A stretch of DNA of 64,000 nucleotides from Iphione sp. A-MEVVRFRX5 (Eukaryota). The position numbers and the translations under genes are program-made. The notes below the pieces were generated by a model. That model did not search any database. It was not told the origin of the DNA and saw only the letters and a list, made by a program, of their open reading frames with translations. The stretch is from the NCBI GenBank assembly GCA_976226885.1, contig OZ320313.1, forward strand, positions 113,088,001-113,152,000, read 5' to 3'. Positions 38,643 through 50,467 of this stretch are shown here, piece by piece (position 1 is the first letter of the stretch; each line of letters opens with the position of its first letter).

Positions 38643-40146
38643 GTACGTCACACTGCGATCGTCCTTCTGACCATACGTATATACTCGTTCTGTTCACGTA
38701 CTACATGTGTGGTGGACATGTAGTGTTAGTCGAACGGCTTGCCATGATGTTGACATTACGGCGTTCTATCTAGGTCCTCTCGTCTGATTAGTCTTCCTCG
38801 TCCGAAGCAGCGATGGCAATTGTCAACAATGCCAGTGCGCTTTATCACCAGTCTATCAGCTGGGTGAAACTAGTTGTATGTATTGTTTCTGAAAGTGACC
38901 GATCTATGTTCCGATAGTATTGCACAATGTACATAAGAACGGCTAACACCGGTGTCTTCCTCAGTCTGGTATCCTCTGTGACTTAGACTGATAATCAGCT
39001 TCTCGACTTACTTTTTTTAATGTGGTTTGCCTATCATATGGTCACAGTCCAATATGATCACGTATGTGCACAGCAAATTGTTGGCCAGTCCTTTTTCACT
39101 GTACATTCAAGATATAATATCATGTGATTAACCGCACCCCACCCCCGTCTAGACAATGACTCAACTTTTAGAAATACCTAAAATTGTTCACGGCAATTTG
39201 AGGTGACAGTAAGTGTGTGTTCCTCCCATTGTTGTAGTTTTTAGGCAGGTTAGGCTTCGTTAAGTGGTTAATCTGTTCTAATCCTGCAGTTACCTAGTAA
39301 ATCATCATAATCACCGTGCGTATATTTGTGACCGGGGATTTTTTTGTCAATCTCACGAATCTTCATGGAAAGACCAACGCAGATAAAAGAAACGAGCTGA
39401 TAACTTGGCTTTATGCACAGGTACAGAACTATTATGATAGCCGCACCCTTTTTACTTTGTCAGTAGCAGAACCTCTTTACTCAAGGTGGGCAAGACGACA
39501 CAGTACTACTTCTAAATAAAAAAAAAACCTGTTTCTCCATATCATTATCAATACCAGGTCATGGGTAAAAAGATAGAGACGTGGTATGTCACACAGCAAC
39601 ATAGTGATCAGTTCAGTCTGTGCACCATGCAGAACCACGTCGCTTTGCTGAGAGAGCAGTTTAAAACTTAAACGTGACATATTTCGTTCCACGAGTTTCG
39701 CAGAAAGTTCCTTTTGCAGAAGTAGCTGAGGTTCATCACAGATGGTTCTTGGCAGCTTATGCAGATATACCATCGGAAAATTTTACATACAAACCCTGGA
39801 TGATGTGGATGAACCCTGTCATAGTACTGCTCAGATTGACCATAGAGTACAACTGTCCTATTTGAAGTGAATGGTTGCACTACATGAGGAAGTTGCCCTA
39901 CGGTAGAAAACGCGATTAAATAAACGTAACGACCAGCCTTTGTTATATCAATAGTGACAAATCTTGGCGATATCTGGGTACGTGTAACAGTGGCACTTGT
40001 TTGACGTCTCAAATATTTACCACATTTTACACTCGGAGTGTACAAAGAAGTGACCGAAGAGAAATTTCAAGTGGATTTTCATGTATGAACTTGCCAGTGT
40101 ACACATACCATTACCAACTCTTTACTTATCGATTGGAACCATCCAG

Positions 40147-40302
40147 GTGAACGGGCGTATGGTGTTTGAGGGCGTGCTGCGCGTACACTGGGGTGTTGTG
40201 TGCCCTATCCAGCTTCAACCGAAAGATGACTCCTTACCCAAGTCGTGGCGCCGCAGTTACCACATGGCCATCAACAACGGCCTAGAAGAGGAACTCGCTC
40301 AA
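40147..40302 (+). CDS. RASSF2/4/6-like: RASSF exon 5 (VNGRMVFEGVLRVHWGVVCPIQLQPKDD...LAQ)
   Basis: cf. [23 protein letters not shown]; phase 0 to 0; CAA|GTAATG donor. Confidence 0.9.
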
Positions 40303-40982
40303 GTAATGCACCGGCACATTCCTCCGTAGCCAAAACTGAAGAGGTTTTCATGCAAATTATGAAGATTAAAAAGCTGTCGATATTTGGAATACGGTTATAG
40401 TCCTTCACAGTTTATAGCAGGCTAACTTTATAAGAATGACCATGAATAAAGCGCAAACAATCAGCGATAACTGCTCTGTAAGCACTATGAGGTTTGAAGA
40501 ATTATTGAAGTGTATATCTCTTTTGCATGAGTATTGCTAGTAGAATAAGGCATGATGTCTCTATGGTGGAAAGATAAGGGTAAAAAGACGTGTCTTTTTG
40601 GTATCTATGTACATGTAGTTAAATTCATTTAATACATGTCACTGTGTCTCCTACATGTATTACTCTTTATCGTTTGCTTTATTTAGTCTCCTCTGCATCT
40701 CCTAGTTGTTCTCTAGTTCTTTATCTGGCATGCTTCTTTCTAGTGGGCCAATACTACTTGTGCCAGCTTGTACAAGGTAAGGGCAACAGTGGTCTAGTCC
40801 TCTCTAAATTCGTACACATAATGCTGTGACTATATGAAGTTCATAATGGCAAAGTGCTCACGCTCCGGATATCTATATGCGAACTAACTGACTTGCTTAT
40901 AACATATACAAAGCATGCTTATAATTCTAAAATAAATCCATTTAGAAAGACACACAATAGTTCATCACCACAATTCTTACAG

Positions 40983-41204
40983 GATGCTGCCAGGAATGGT
41001 GATATAGCAAGCAAGAACCGGAAGTCAAGCCTCGATGACCTTTTCCAAGCCGCCGTCCGTGACCCTGAACCCTCGCCACCAACATCTCCGGTCAAGGGTG
41101 AGAAGCGGGAACAGCCAAAAAATGTGGTCATGCGGCGAGATCGAGGACGAAGGAGGCAGAGCAAACGTCTCTCCATCTTCAGTGGTCATGAGTACAATCT
41201 GGAG
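40983..41204 (+). CDS. RASSF2/4/6-like: RASSF exon 6 (linker and start of RA domain, ...RRRQSKRLSIFSGHEYNLE)
   Basis: cttacag| acceptor, GAG|GTAGGC donor; cf. RRHRFSINGHFYNHK. Confidence 0.9.
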
Positions 41205-41561
41205 GTAGGCAAGCGCTTCGATACCCACAGCTACCTGAACTGCAACAAGTTCTTGTCATCCATTTTGCTGTACGAAGCTACTCTTTTGAGGAATTGTGTA
41301 TTTATAAGCATAAAAAGGCTTATTGTGTTATGAAACTAAAGTAAATTTGCACTTAACGTTTGAGAAACCATGGTATTGGCTAACATATATTTACATCAAG
41401 GAAAAGTAGTACAAATAAAGGCTGTGTTTATTGTCATAAATTCTGTATTGTGCTCACAAGGTTCATTAAAGTAAAGAAATCCTCGCGCAGCTTTTCTCGG
41501 CTCATCTTTTTTTTGGTCGCGCTGAGTTTTCTGTCAAAATATTGTCTTCTTTTGTTTTTAG

Positions 41562-41663
41562 ACCAGTGTGTTCACACCCACTCATGGAATGGTCACAAAT
41601 GTACACGTCACCAGTCTAGACGCTACGCAAGAAGTCATCAACATGCTTTTAGATAAATTTAAG
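41562..41663 (+). CDS. RASSF2/4/6-like: RASSF exon 7 ([34 protein letters not shown])
   Basis: Close match to RASSF2 [34 protein letters not shown]; canonical splice sites. Confidence 0.95.
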
Positions 41664-41898
41664 GTGAGACATTGGCTCCTGTGCTTCAAAAGGGTGGGGT
41701 GGGGGACTTAGGAATGTCTGTTGTCAGACCCTCCTTCACAATCTTTTGTTTCTTTAAACCTCAAAACCATCTGTTTGATTTAAATAATGTTTACATATAT
41801 TTGCCTATATGGGCGCCTGCTGTTGATTTGTTCCTTGATCGTTTCCATTGAATACAAAAAATAATTGTCTCAAAACCTTGTCGTGAAAAACACACGCA

Positions 41899-41978
41899 GA
41901 GAGAGAGAGAGACAGACAGAGAGAGACAGAGAGAGACAGAGACAGAGAGTGACTGACTGACTGACTGACTGACTGACA
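41899..41978. repeat. Compound (GA)/(GACA)/(GACT)n microsatellite
   Basis: Direct inspection. Confidence 0.93.
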
Positions 41979-42212
41979 GAACAAAGTGTGAGTACATTCA
42001 TAGAAAACGAAATGGCTAGCCAACCTTGTAAGAGTGTAGAGAGTTTCATGGATAACAGTATTGGTTGTTACTGCAATCCAGTTAAGAAATGCATGTATTC
42101 GACTTCATTTAGTGGTTTCAGCCCGGTCAGTTTTGTTTTGAGGTAAACTCAATGCCCTTCTGACGATCTCTAGATCAGTCAATGCTATATCTACGTGCTA
42201 TTTTACCGCCAG

Positions 42213-42386
42213 GTGGTCAACAACCCTGAGGATTTCTGTCTGAGCGTTGTGCGGATGAGTGGGGAGACCCGTGTACTGAAGGATGACAGTTACCCGCTAC
42301 TGGAGCGCGTCCTGCTTGGGCCCCTAGAGGATGAGGTCAAGATCTTCATCATGGAGAAACACCGTTCACAGGACGTGTCCACTGAG
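42213..42386 (+). CDS. RASSF2/4/6-like: RASSF exon 8 (RA domain end: VVNNPEDFCL...YPLLERVLLGP...KIFIMEK...STE)
   Basis: cf. RASSF2 YPLIARILQGP...KVFLMEK; canonical splice sites, phase 0 to 0. Confidence 0.95.
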
Positions 42387-42872
42387 GTAGGCCCCTTCCT
42401 CCTCGCATAGACCAGATAGATAATACTTGATCAGAGGCACTCCACCCACAACCATGAAGACGTGAATGGGGATATATAGAGAATATAGAACCACATACAT
42501 GTATTTATGTAGAGTAGACTTCCTCATAGAAGACCAGATTGCAGGGGAGACCAGATCGGGCGAGAGGCTACTATATCATAGGACAAAACAGTATATTTCC
42601 AATATGATGAGAGACTGCAGGGGAGACCAGATCACAGGAGAGAACATATTCCTCCAGTCCCTGAGGTGGTTGTCCAAGCAAGAGTTCACTGTACTCATTT
42701 TAGATCCCCCCGCTTCCAACAATCGTGGTGGTGGAGGGCAAAGGAATACTACCCTCCCAACTGCGTCAATATCCGTCATGAACTGGTGATCCTCATAACT
42801 ACAAACATTTTAGTGTCAGGTCAGCTATACCCTTCTCTTGGTATTAACGTCCTACGTGTTTGCTTCTTACAG

Positions 42873-42970
42873 GTCGCCCAGTTCATTAACTTACCAGAAC
42901 CTGTTTTGAAAGGGTTCCTAGTAAAACTTGATAAAGACGAACAGGAAGATCTTGAAGATCTTAAAATTAG
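42873..42970 (+). CDS. RASSF2/4/6-like: RASSF exon 9 (SARAH: VAQFINLPEPVLKGFLVKLDKDEQEDLEDLKIR)
   Basis: cf. [27 protein letters not shown]; phase-2 donor AG|GTAAGT. Confidence 0.93.
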
Positions 42971-43329
42971 GTAAGTCCTGTACATTATTGATAAAAGTTG
43001 AGTCTGCAGCCGCAGATAATTGTGGTCTGTTGAATAAGATAAGGAACAAGTGGGCACATTTTGTAATTTTGATTCGCCCACTGCACACATGGTGACAGCA
43101 CTGAGATATACCTACTACCACGTGACCAGCACACAATTTTACTTAACTATTTTTTGTGAAATGTCAATAGGTCAATAGGCATAACTGAGGTGTGAGTACG
43201 AAAACAAATACATGTAAACAAACTGTAAAATTCTACTTCAGCGAATGTTTCCTACTAACTTAAAGTTTTGTTTACCTACGAAATACTAACCAGTTTAGAA
43301 GTTAAGAGCGGGTTGCTGTTTAATTTTAG

Positions 43330-43396
43330 GTACAACCTGTTCCGTCAGCAGCTGCAGGAGCAGCTCCAGCAAATTCTGACCTCCAAAGACCGGTAA
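43330..43396 (+). CDS. RASSF2/4/6-like: RASSF terminal coding exon (YNLFRQQLQEQLQQILTSKDR*)
   Basis: ttttag|G completes Arg; end of the SARAH helix; TAA at 43394-43396. Confidence 0.88.
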
Positions 43397-46300
43397 CCTC
43401 ATTGTCCAAGTTCTCAGCTGAAACAGACGCATGCTTACATATCATCCATCCAGAAAATGTTTACCCTTCCTGCATTTAGCCTGTTTTATTCCGCAGCTCT
43501 GGAACCCGTTTCATTCTATATTTTCATTGACGAAAAACCTTCCTGTTGCTGGCAGTGACAACGGTATGACGTGCTGATGCTGAAAATATTTTGTCTCATT
43601 GTGGTTGGTGTTGAAATTTCCCCCAGGAGAATATTGTTCTATACATACCTGAAACTGTATTGTCGACTTATTGCAGCTATATGGGATATCATTTTGAGCA
43701 GCGAGCGCAACAACGTACGTTGTATATATATGGAAAAATTGGTCATCGCCGATAGACGGATATGCATGAAGTCTTGTTCATATTCATTATTCACCCAGTT
43801 ATGTCATTACTACTAACACATAACTTGCTGATGTACGACATAATTATAGGAAAGAATCACCATGTATGGCATTTGGAGGCTCGCCTAACTTTCATTTAGT
43901 CTACTTGGTTATTCATATTGAATAACTCGAATAACTACATTTAGGATGCTTCCTCATTATAGCTTAACGAGAAGGCTTGCTTCATCGCGGATTTGCGAGA
44001 GTATTAACCAAAGATGTGTTACCAATCCTCTCAGCAAAAATACTGCGTCATAGAAAACAATTACTTCGGTTAATAGTAAAGATAAGGGAATTGTCTGAAT
44101 TAGTGCATGTTGTTATTCAGAACAGTGAACTTGTGAATGTACTTGAAAGTGGAAATCTTGTGATGAAGTAGGAGTCCGTGTATTCTTGAACCATCTCAGG
44201 CTTCTGCAGTCAGCTTAACAGGCGATGCGAGAATATTTTGAATCAACTGTATCTAGTAGGAGAAGGAATAGAACTACCTGTTTAGACTAAATATTACCGT
44301 GACTTACAACATTCCATTTTAAAAAGGACCAATAGAGGAACCCATATCATTAGAACATGGTATTTTTCCTAGCTTACTTATCAACAAATGATAGGGAAAG
44401 AGTTTACGGTACTTTTAGACAATTAGAAAGACTAACGTTTTTTACTATTCCCGTGCCTGTTTCGGATATGACGTTTAGATTGGTTGCCGATTGATCACCA
44501 AATTGTATATTTGAATTGCATTGATGGATTTAGGGGAAGACATATTCTCATATCAGTACAGCTGAAGCTTATTGATGAAGCACAGAATGTTCAGCTTGCT
44601 TCATACACGGTCATTCAAATCGTCCCTGTATGACAAAACTTTTTGTATGTCAGCGTCTCCTTATCAAAGCGTGTTTTTAAAATCTCTAAGAAGTTATCAT
44701 GTGCCATAGTCATTGAATATACTCTAACATTTAGCCCCCCCCGGACAGCATGTGCTTCGAATCCCAGATTACGTTTACCGTCATGGAAGACTTTTATGTG
44801 TTAAATTCTACTTATTGTGTCCAACAATGCAAGAAAATCAAAAGACAACCAAAGACTGATTTTCTAACCTAGGATATGCTTGTATTCTTTCTACAGTGGA
44901 TATAACAGTGATAATATACATACATGTATAAACATGTATTGGGATATGTCCTATTTATAAATATTTCTTGTACGTATATCTAACATATTTTCCGTTTGGA
45001 TTGAACATTTGCCTGTTACCCGCTTACTGTACAATATATTGTTACTTTTAAGATGTTGGCCCACACATTTTATCCAATTACACTAACTTTTATTTGTTGC
45101 GTTGCCCACCGACGTTTTATAAGCTGAAGCTCTTTTTTTTATACATGATTCATTGGTACTTCGAAAGAGAAGTCCCAGAATTGTTGTCTTTGACTGCATG
45201 ATATCTCGATGTACAAGAGTATCAATTTGCCAATCACAGTTATTTGGTTCATAAGCATAGTTTTATGCCAGGTTATTTCAGAATGGTAAATTCTTTCACT
45301 TTTGTGGTACACTAATGCACAAACGAACGATGAAATGAACTTTCTTCAGAGATGCTTATGATATTGTATGTATGGTCAGTGAGAGAAATTCGTATTGAGT
45401 GCGTTACAAGTGCTGTGTGCTGTGTATTAGCCGTGTCTCAGTTCATTAATGTTTCGTCGTGGTTGTTTTAGGTGACGTCGTGATCTGACTAACGGTTGTT
45501 CCCAACTTAAGTAAATCATAACCGAAACGAGTGTAGCAGGCAATAACAATGTAACATAGAAGTCATTAGTCGTCAGATACCTGCAGTGTGCAGTACCAGT
45601 GAATGGTCGTGATTGCATTGTTACCCCGTGGTATGATTTTTCCACGGTGTAACAGCTGTGTCGTGTGCTTGCAGCATACTTCAGTTGCACGTGCGGATTT
45701 CACGGTTACCCAATTTATTTCATTGACACAACACACGCAAGAAGCGTATTGGCGTGACATTCTTGACCTCATATCGCAGATAATGGCTTTGACGTGCTAT
45801 AAATCTCAGGTTTGGCTTTATGTGGTCTGTTCCTAACTTTATGAACTGCGTTAGTCAAAAGAAAAAACAGCAAGTTCTGTATAGTATTTGGTAGCTATTA
45901 ATGACATTTTTTTACGGGAGGGAATAGTAACCAGTGCGAAGCAAATTCAGTGTTGACTGCTTTGTGTGTCTTCAGGGTTATAAGTCGGAACAATATCACA
46001 AGCTGGTATGTGTTCATAATAAAGTTCATGGATTTTATTTGACTTCCTGTAGTTTTTCTTTGAGCTAGGTCTGTAGGAAGGTAGATGGTTTTTTTATTTG
46101 CCCAGTGGCCAATCGAGGAAATATGTCAACTTTTAAAGGCGACAATCATGCTTTTATTACTTTCCGGAAGAAAATATGCAATACAGATGAAACATATCTT
46201 GGTTTTGATTTCCAAATACATGTACATGTAAGAGCCTGATTGTGATACGTGTACGCGATATATTTTTTTGTAAGTAGTGAAACAATAAAGCTGTAAGTTT

Positions 46301-48437
46301 TAAAAGTTTGGTAACAGTTATAACCATTATGACACAATTGAAACATTAATGCTAGTGGGAGATAATTCCTGTTGGTAAACAGTTGGATATTAGATCTGAA
46401 AAACGAAAGCGCGAAAACCGTGCAAAATTAGTTGATACAGCAGCCACCAGATAGACCTGTAGTCAGAGTTTACAGAGAAATTTAGTTCTGTACTACCCCA
46501 CTAGTGGCAGTAGTGCTGTCATCACTTGCCCATGTGTAAACACGATAAGTATATCGTGGTGTATAAGTTCCGAGTTGTCTTCCTCAACTCGTAAGTCACC
46601 TAGTAACGGTCACTTACCCGGAACATGCTCCAGATATGTGTTGGATAGCTTTTTAACGAATCCATGCTTTAAATTTCGGATAATAATATATTTATCTTGC
46701 GTTGATATGAGTCCATTGTTAAAATTGCTCATCTCTAAGAGAGACTTCATATATGTTCACCCGTCTTTGCTGCAGCCACTAAAACCCCTGTACATTTCCT
46801 AGTTAGAGAACATCTAGTGATCAGCAAAAAGTCATCTGCAGAGGCTGGCTCCAACAATCAAAGAGAAATGAACCTGCACATGTCGAAGCCTCCCAAAGAT
46901 GGGTAAATTGATGATTGATTTTCTATTGAATTTTCTATGTAAACTTGTGCCCTACATAAAGAAAATCTTGTAATTTCCATTCATTTAAGCAGACCCCTGT
47001 GAGGGAAGGACACTGAAAATGTTCAGTTTATGCTACAACAGGTAGCAAACCACGTCAGGTGCTCCGTTGACCGGTGAAGACGGATAAAACCACATGTAAT
47101 GTGAGGTTTCATTTCCTGGTCAAAGTCAAATATAGTGGGAACCCTCCCTCGTGGTCACCCTTGGGTGCAGCCAGTTCGTGACCACCGGCAGAGGTGACCG
47201 CGGGAAAGCGGTAGATTACAAGATGGCAGTTCAAAAGGAATTAACAGTGTTTTCCCCAGGAATTTCACCATGAAGGAGGCGGCTGCTAAGGAGAGGTGGC
47301 CGTAAGGAGAACTCCTATATGTACTATGTAAATGTAACACAGTTTTGTCCACAAGTGTTATTGTATGGGTTTAAACGAAATTAACTCTCCAAATAAGATC
47401 TTACTCTTCATTAGGACAAATAATATCTATCCGTTATGCGCCTTGTTTTTATGTCCACTTTGTTCGGTGGTTTTTGAACCAGTTTAACCACGCATACGAC
47501 CTAAAAAATACGTATCTTGAGTTCTAGCGGTGGGGCAGATTCTCTGTGGGTGCAGCCGTCAAGAACCAGTCATATGTACCGTTCCCTTTCCTCTTTCAAG
47601 CATGACAAATTGCGTCTCTACTTCCTCAGATCTTGACCTTTTAACACCAACCCCTCTAAGCACTAAACTCCGTGCCGGGTCACTGTTCTTACAAATATAC
47701 ATACATATATGTAGGCAGCGAGGCAAGCCAAAGTATCAGGAAAGGTAGCATTAGATGAATTTAAAGACGTGGGGGGGTGTTCATGTGAGGATGGATAGTT
47801 AATCTAGAGTGAAACTGTTAAGAGAATATTTTTCTTCCCAAGATGTAGACTTCTTTGTGAGCATTTCCTGTGATCATAATACACCAAAAGATCATCTCAT
47901 ATACAGCATAAGTGACTGTAAAGCTTATATTTCAAATAGTGTGAGTGGTCTTGCCTGGCATATATGAAAAAGAAAAAAATCAAAGAATCAATTCATGTGT
48001 ACATGGAAAATTTGTTAAAGATTTTTAATTCTTCTCGGAGTTGGTGTATTTTCCACCGTGAAGGTTCAGGATATTTTCGGCCACCAAGGTCAATAAATGG
48101 GTCATTTGTTAAGTGTCCACGGTTCACTTTAGAATTCTTGTCAATATTTACCCCTGGATATAGACAATCCTTCCCAAATATGCTGCGGCTAGTAGACCCA
48201 GTTACTTAGAACTTGTACGTACATGTACATGGCACAAAAAGCTCTCCACGGTTGAGCTCGCATGTGTAGGGATGCTATAAATTTACATGTACATTATACG
48301 TATAAATATTTATATATTCATAACTTACTCGTGAGTCTTCTAAAGGTGCGAGTCTTTTGATGCTCTTTAATTGACCCATCGATATGGTCAGAGTTAATGT
48401 TATTCTTCTGTCCCCCCCCCCCCCAAGCACTCCCCAG

Positions 48438-48506
48438 CAGAGCCACCTCCCGCCCACCCCTCCACTCGGCTGTCAGTGGACGGGTCTGACGCTGTCGGCG
48501 GCGTGT
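48438..48506 (+). CDS. Candidate small upstream exon of the 50.5-kb gene (AEPPPAHPSTRLSVDGSDAVGGV)
   Basis: Pyrimidine-rich acceptor ctccccag| and T|GTGAGT donor; phase 1 to 1 is compatible with the 50468 exon. No homology support. Confidence 0.3.
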
Positions 48507-50467
48507 GTGAGTGTAGATTTGCATGCGTGTGTGAAAGCCTGCCTGGTCTCGATGGACTGACTCCCACGACTGGTCAGCGCCAACGTTATCCAACCAAGGT
48601 AGACATGTACAACATGAGGTAGGTGGACGACCGATCTGCTTATTCCCCTGCACGATCGCTGCCTGTCGTGGGTACGGCTGACAGTAGGTTTTCTCGGTCA
48701 GATACGAGGCTGTTTATGTTGCCATTTTTAAAAGGCTACCCCTGTTGTCTGGAGCTGCCGGAGTAGTTAGTGATGCGGGCGGCCATCGAAAAACCAGACG
48801 GTATTGGGGTTGCCGTTTATTCGTTATTCATCTACAGACTGCGAGCCCTACGTAATTATTTGATAGAGACTGTTGATGTTATTGCTCTCTCTGGTTATGG
48901 AAGTCAGGAAGTAAACACTAATACCTAACACACGGACGTCGGTGGAATCTACAGTAGAACAGGCTTGACACCTCCTACAGTTAAATATTCCTGGGTTTGA
49001 CTAGACCTCGCCTGGTCTAGCGTTAAATAACAACACGAGGGTACTAAAGGTGTAAAGAGCAAGGCCGATTTACGCTAATGACATACAAACATATGTAGGG
49101 AATGTCGGTGACCTCCTCCCTCACACAGTATACGTGTACGTCATCACAGCTGCCTCAGAACGGTGACTTATCATCGGTCGGCCACCACCTTCCTTGTCAT
49201 GGCGACCATCGCGATGATTGCGGCTTTCTATAATCTATCACATGATCTAGAAAGGCCCCGATGCTTGGTCAACTATAGGGGTCTTGTTTTGAAGAGTTTC
49301 TATGTACTTGAAGCGTGTAAATATTAAAGGCTAGACCAGTGACCCACTCCAATCTCATATGTATATCGTAGTGTCTTGAGGTGTCGTAGCAGAACCCAGG
49401 TAGTTTATGGGTTTCGTGGTATGCGCAGAGCTGGGCAGGGGGGTTGTGTGTTTGGTTAGTTCACGCAGATAACGATCTCACAAGTACAGATAGCACCGTC
49501 GGCGAGAGGGGCTCTCTACATGTCAGCTAACATTTTATACTTGGTTGTAATGTGTTTTGTACTGCTCATTTGCAAAGGTTTTGTGATACTACTGCTGAAA
49601 CAAACTTCACCCGGTGCTAGTAAGAAAAAAAAAACAGCGAAAAATATGCATGGTAGACTTCGTATTACCATCGTCCCTGAGGCACGTTTGAATCAAACAC
49701 GTAAAAACTTTAAACATACCCTTTCATGTATTACAAGTACAAATAACAATACACTATTCTTTATGTTGAAACCGGTATTAACGATGCCCAGAAAGCTTAT
49801 TAATTTAGGGCATTATGTGCAATGGAATTTAGCAATCTTGTACACGGCCGGCCAACCTACCGGTGATGGGTGTCCTGCTGTACGACAACCGGAAAGGGAA
49901 ATAAAAACGTCATGAGTAGGGAGCCCATTTGGTTTCCAAAAGTACATACAAAGTTTCATATCCTAGAAATCGGCATCCAAAGCTATTCTATTTCCGAATA
50001 AATTTGCCCAACTCAAACGGTTTCTCATGAAAATAACTCTCAGTGCCCAAATAAACTCAATTTCCGAGCACAGATTTGTGAAACAGCAACCTTTCCGTTA
50101 TTGAGTATTGACTGTACTTGGTGTTCGTGAACAGAAGTAGTCAACATGGTCTAGGTCTTCGCATGAAATCAAAAAAACTTTGATGGTAATGATCCCGTAA
50201 ATTGTTAGTATATGACAGAAGTGTAAATTAATAGGTTTTCAGAAATTTCAATTCTTCCTTACCAGCCTCCAAGTCTGAAAAAGCCCCACCTCTTTCGCCT
50301 TTCTTCCCACAGACACGTGGCGTTAATAACACTCCTAAAAACATTGTTTTGGAATCAACCCATCTGCCCGTAGCGTCTTGGTATATTTAACATGCACCAA
50401 TTTCCACATGCGTTTACAAGTGTACAAAATGTATGACTAAGTGGTGAATTTCTGTTATATACTCCAG

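Noticed and set aside
39316-39519. ORF with DKRNELITWLYAQVQNYY, superficially like RASSF KNELL...YNLYY
   Set aside because: The real homologous exon is 38570-38642, which matches better and has correct splice phases.
39480-40045. 125-aa and 98-aa - strand ORFs (HPGFVC motif)
   Set aside because: No family assignment possible; intronic and without splice support.
15270-40490. CACTATG heptamers (ProtoRAG TIR start) at about 15275 and 40484
   Set aside because: Isolated heptamers with no rest of the TIR and no RAG-like ORF.
46810-47305. Two candidate small exons upstream of the 50.5-kb gene
   Set aside because: Both end in phase 2 and cannot join the phase-1 exons at 48438 or 50468 without an exon I could not find.
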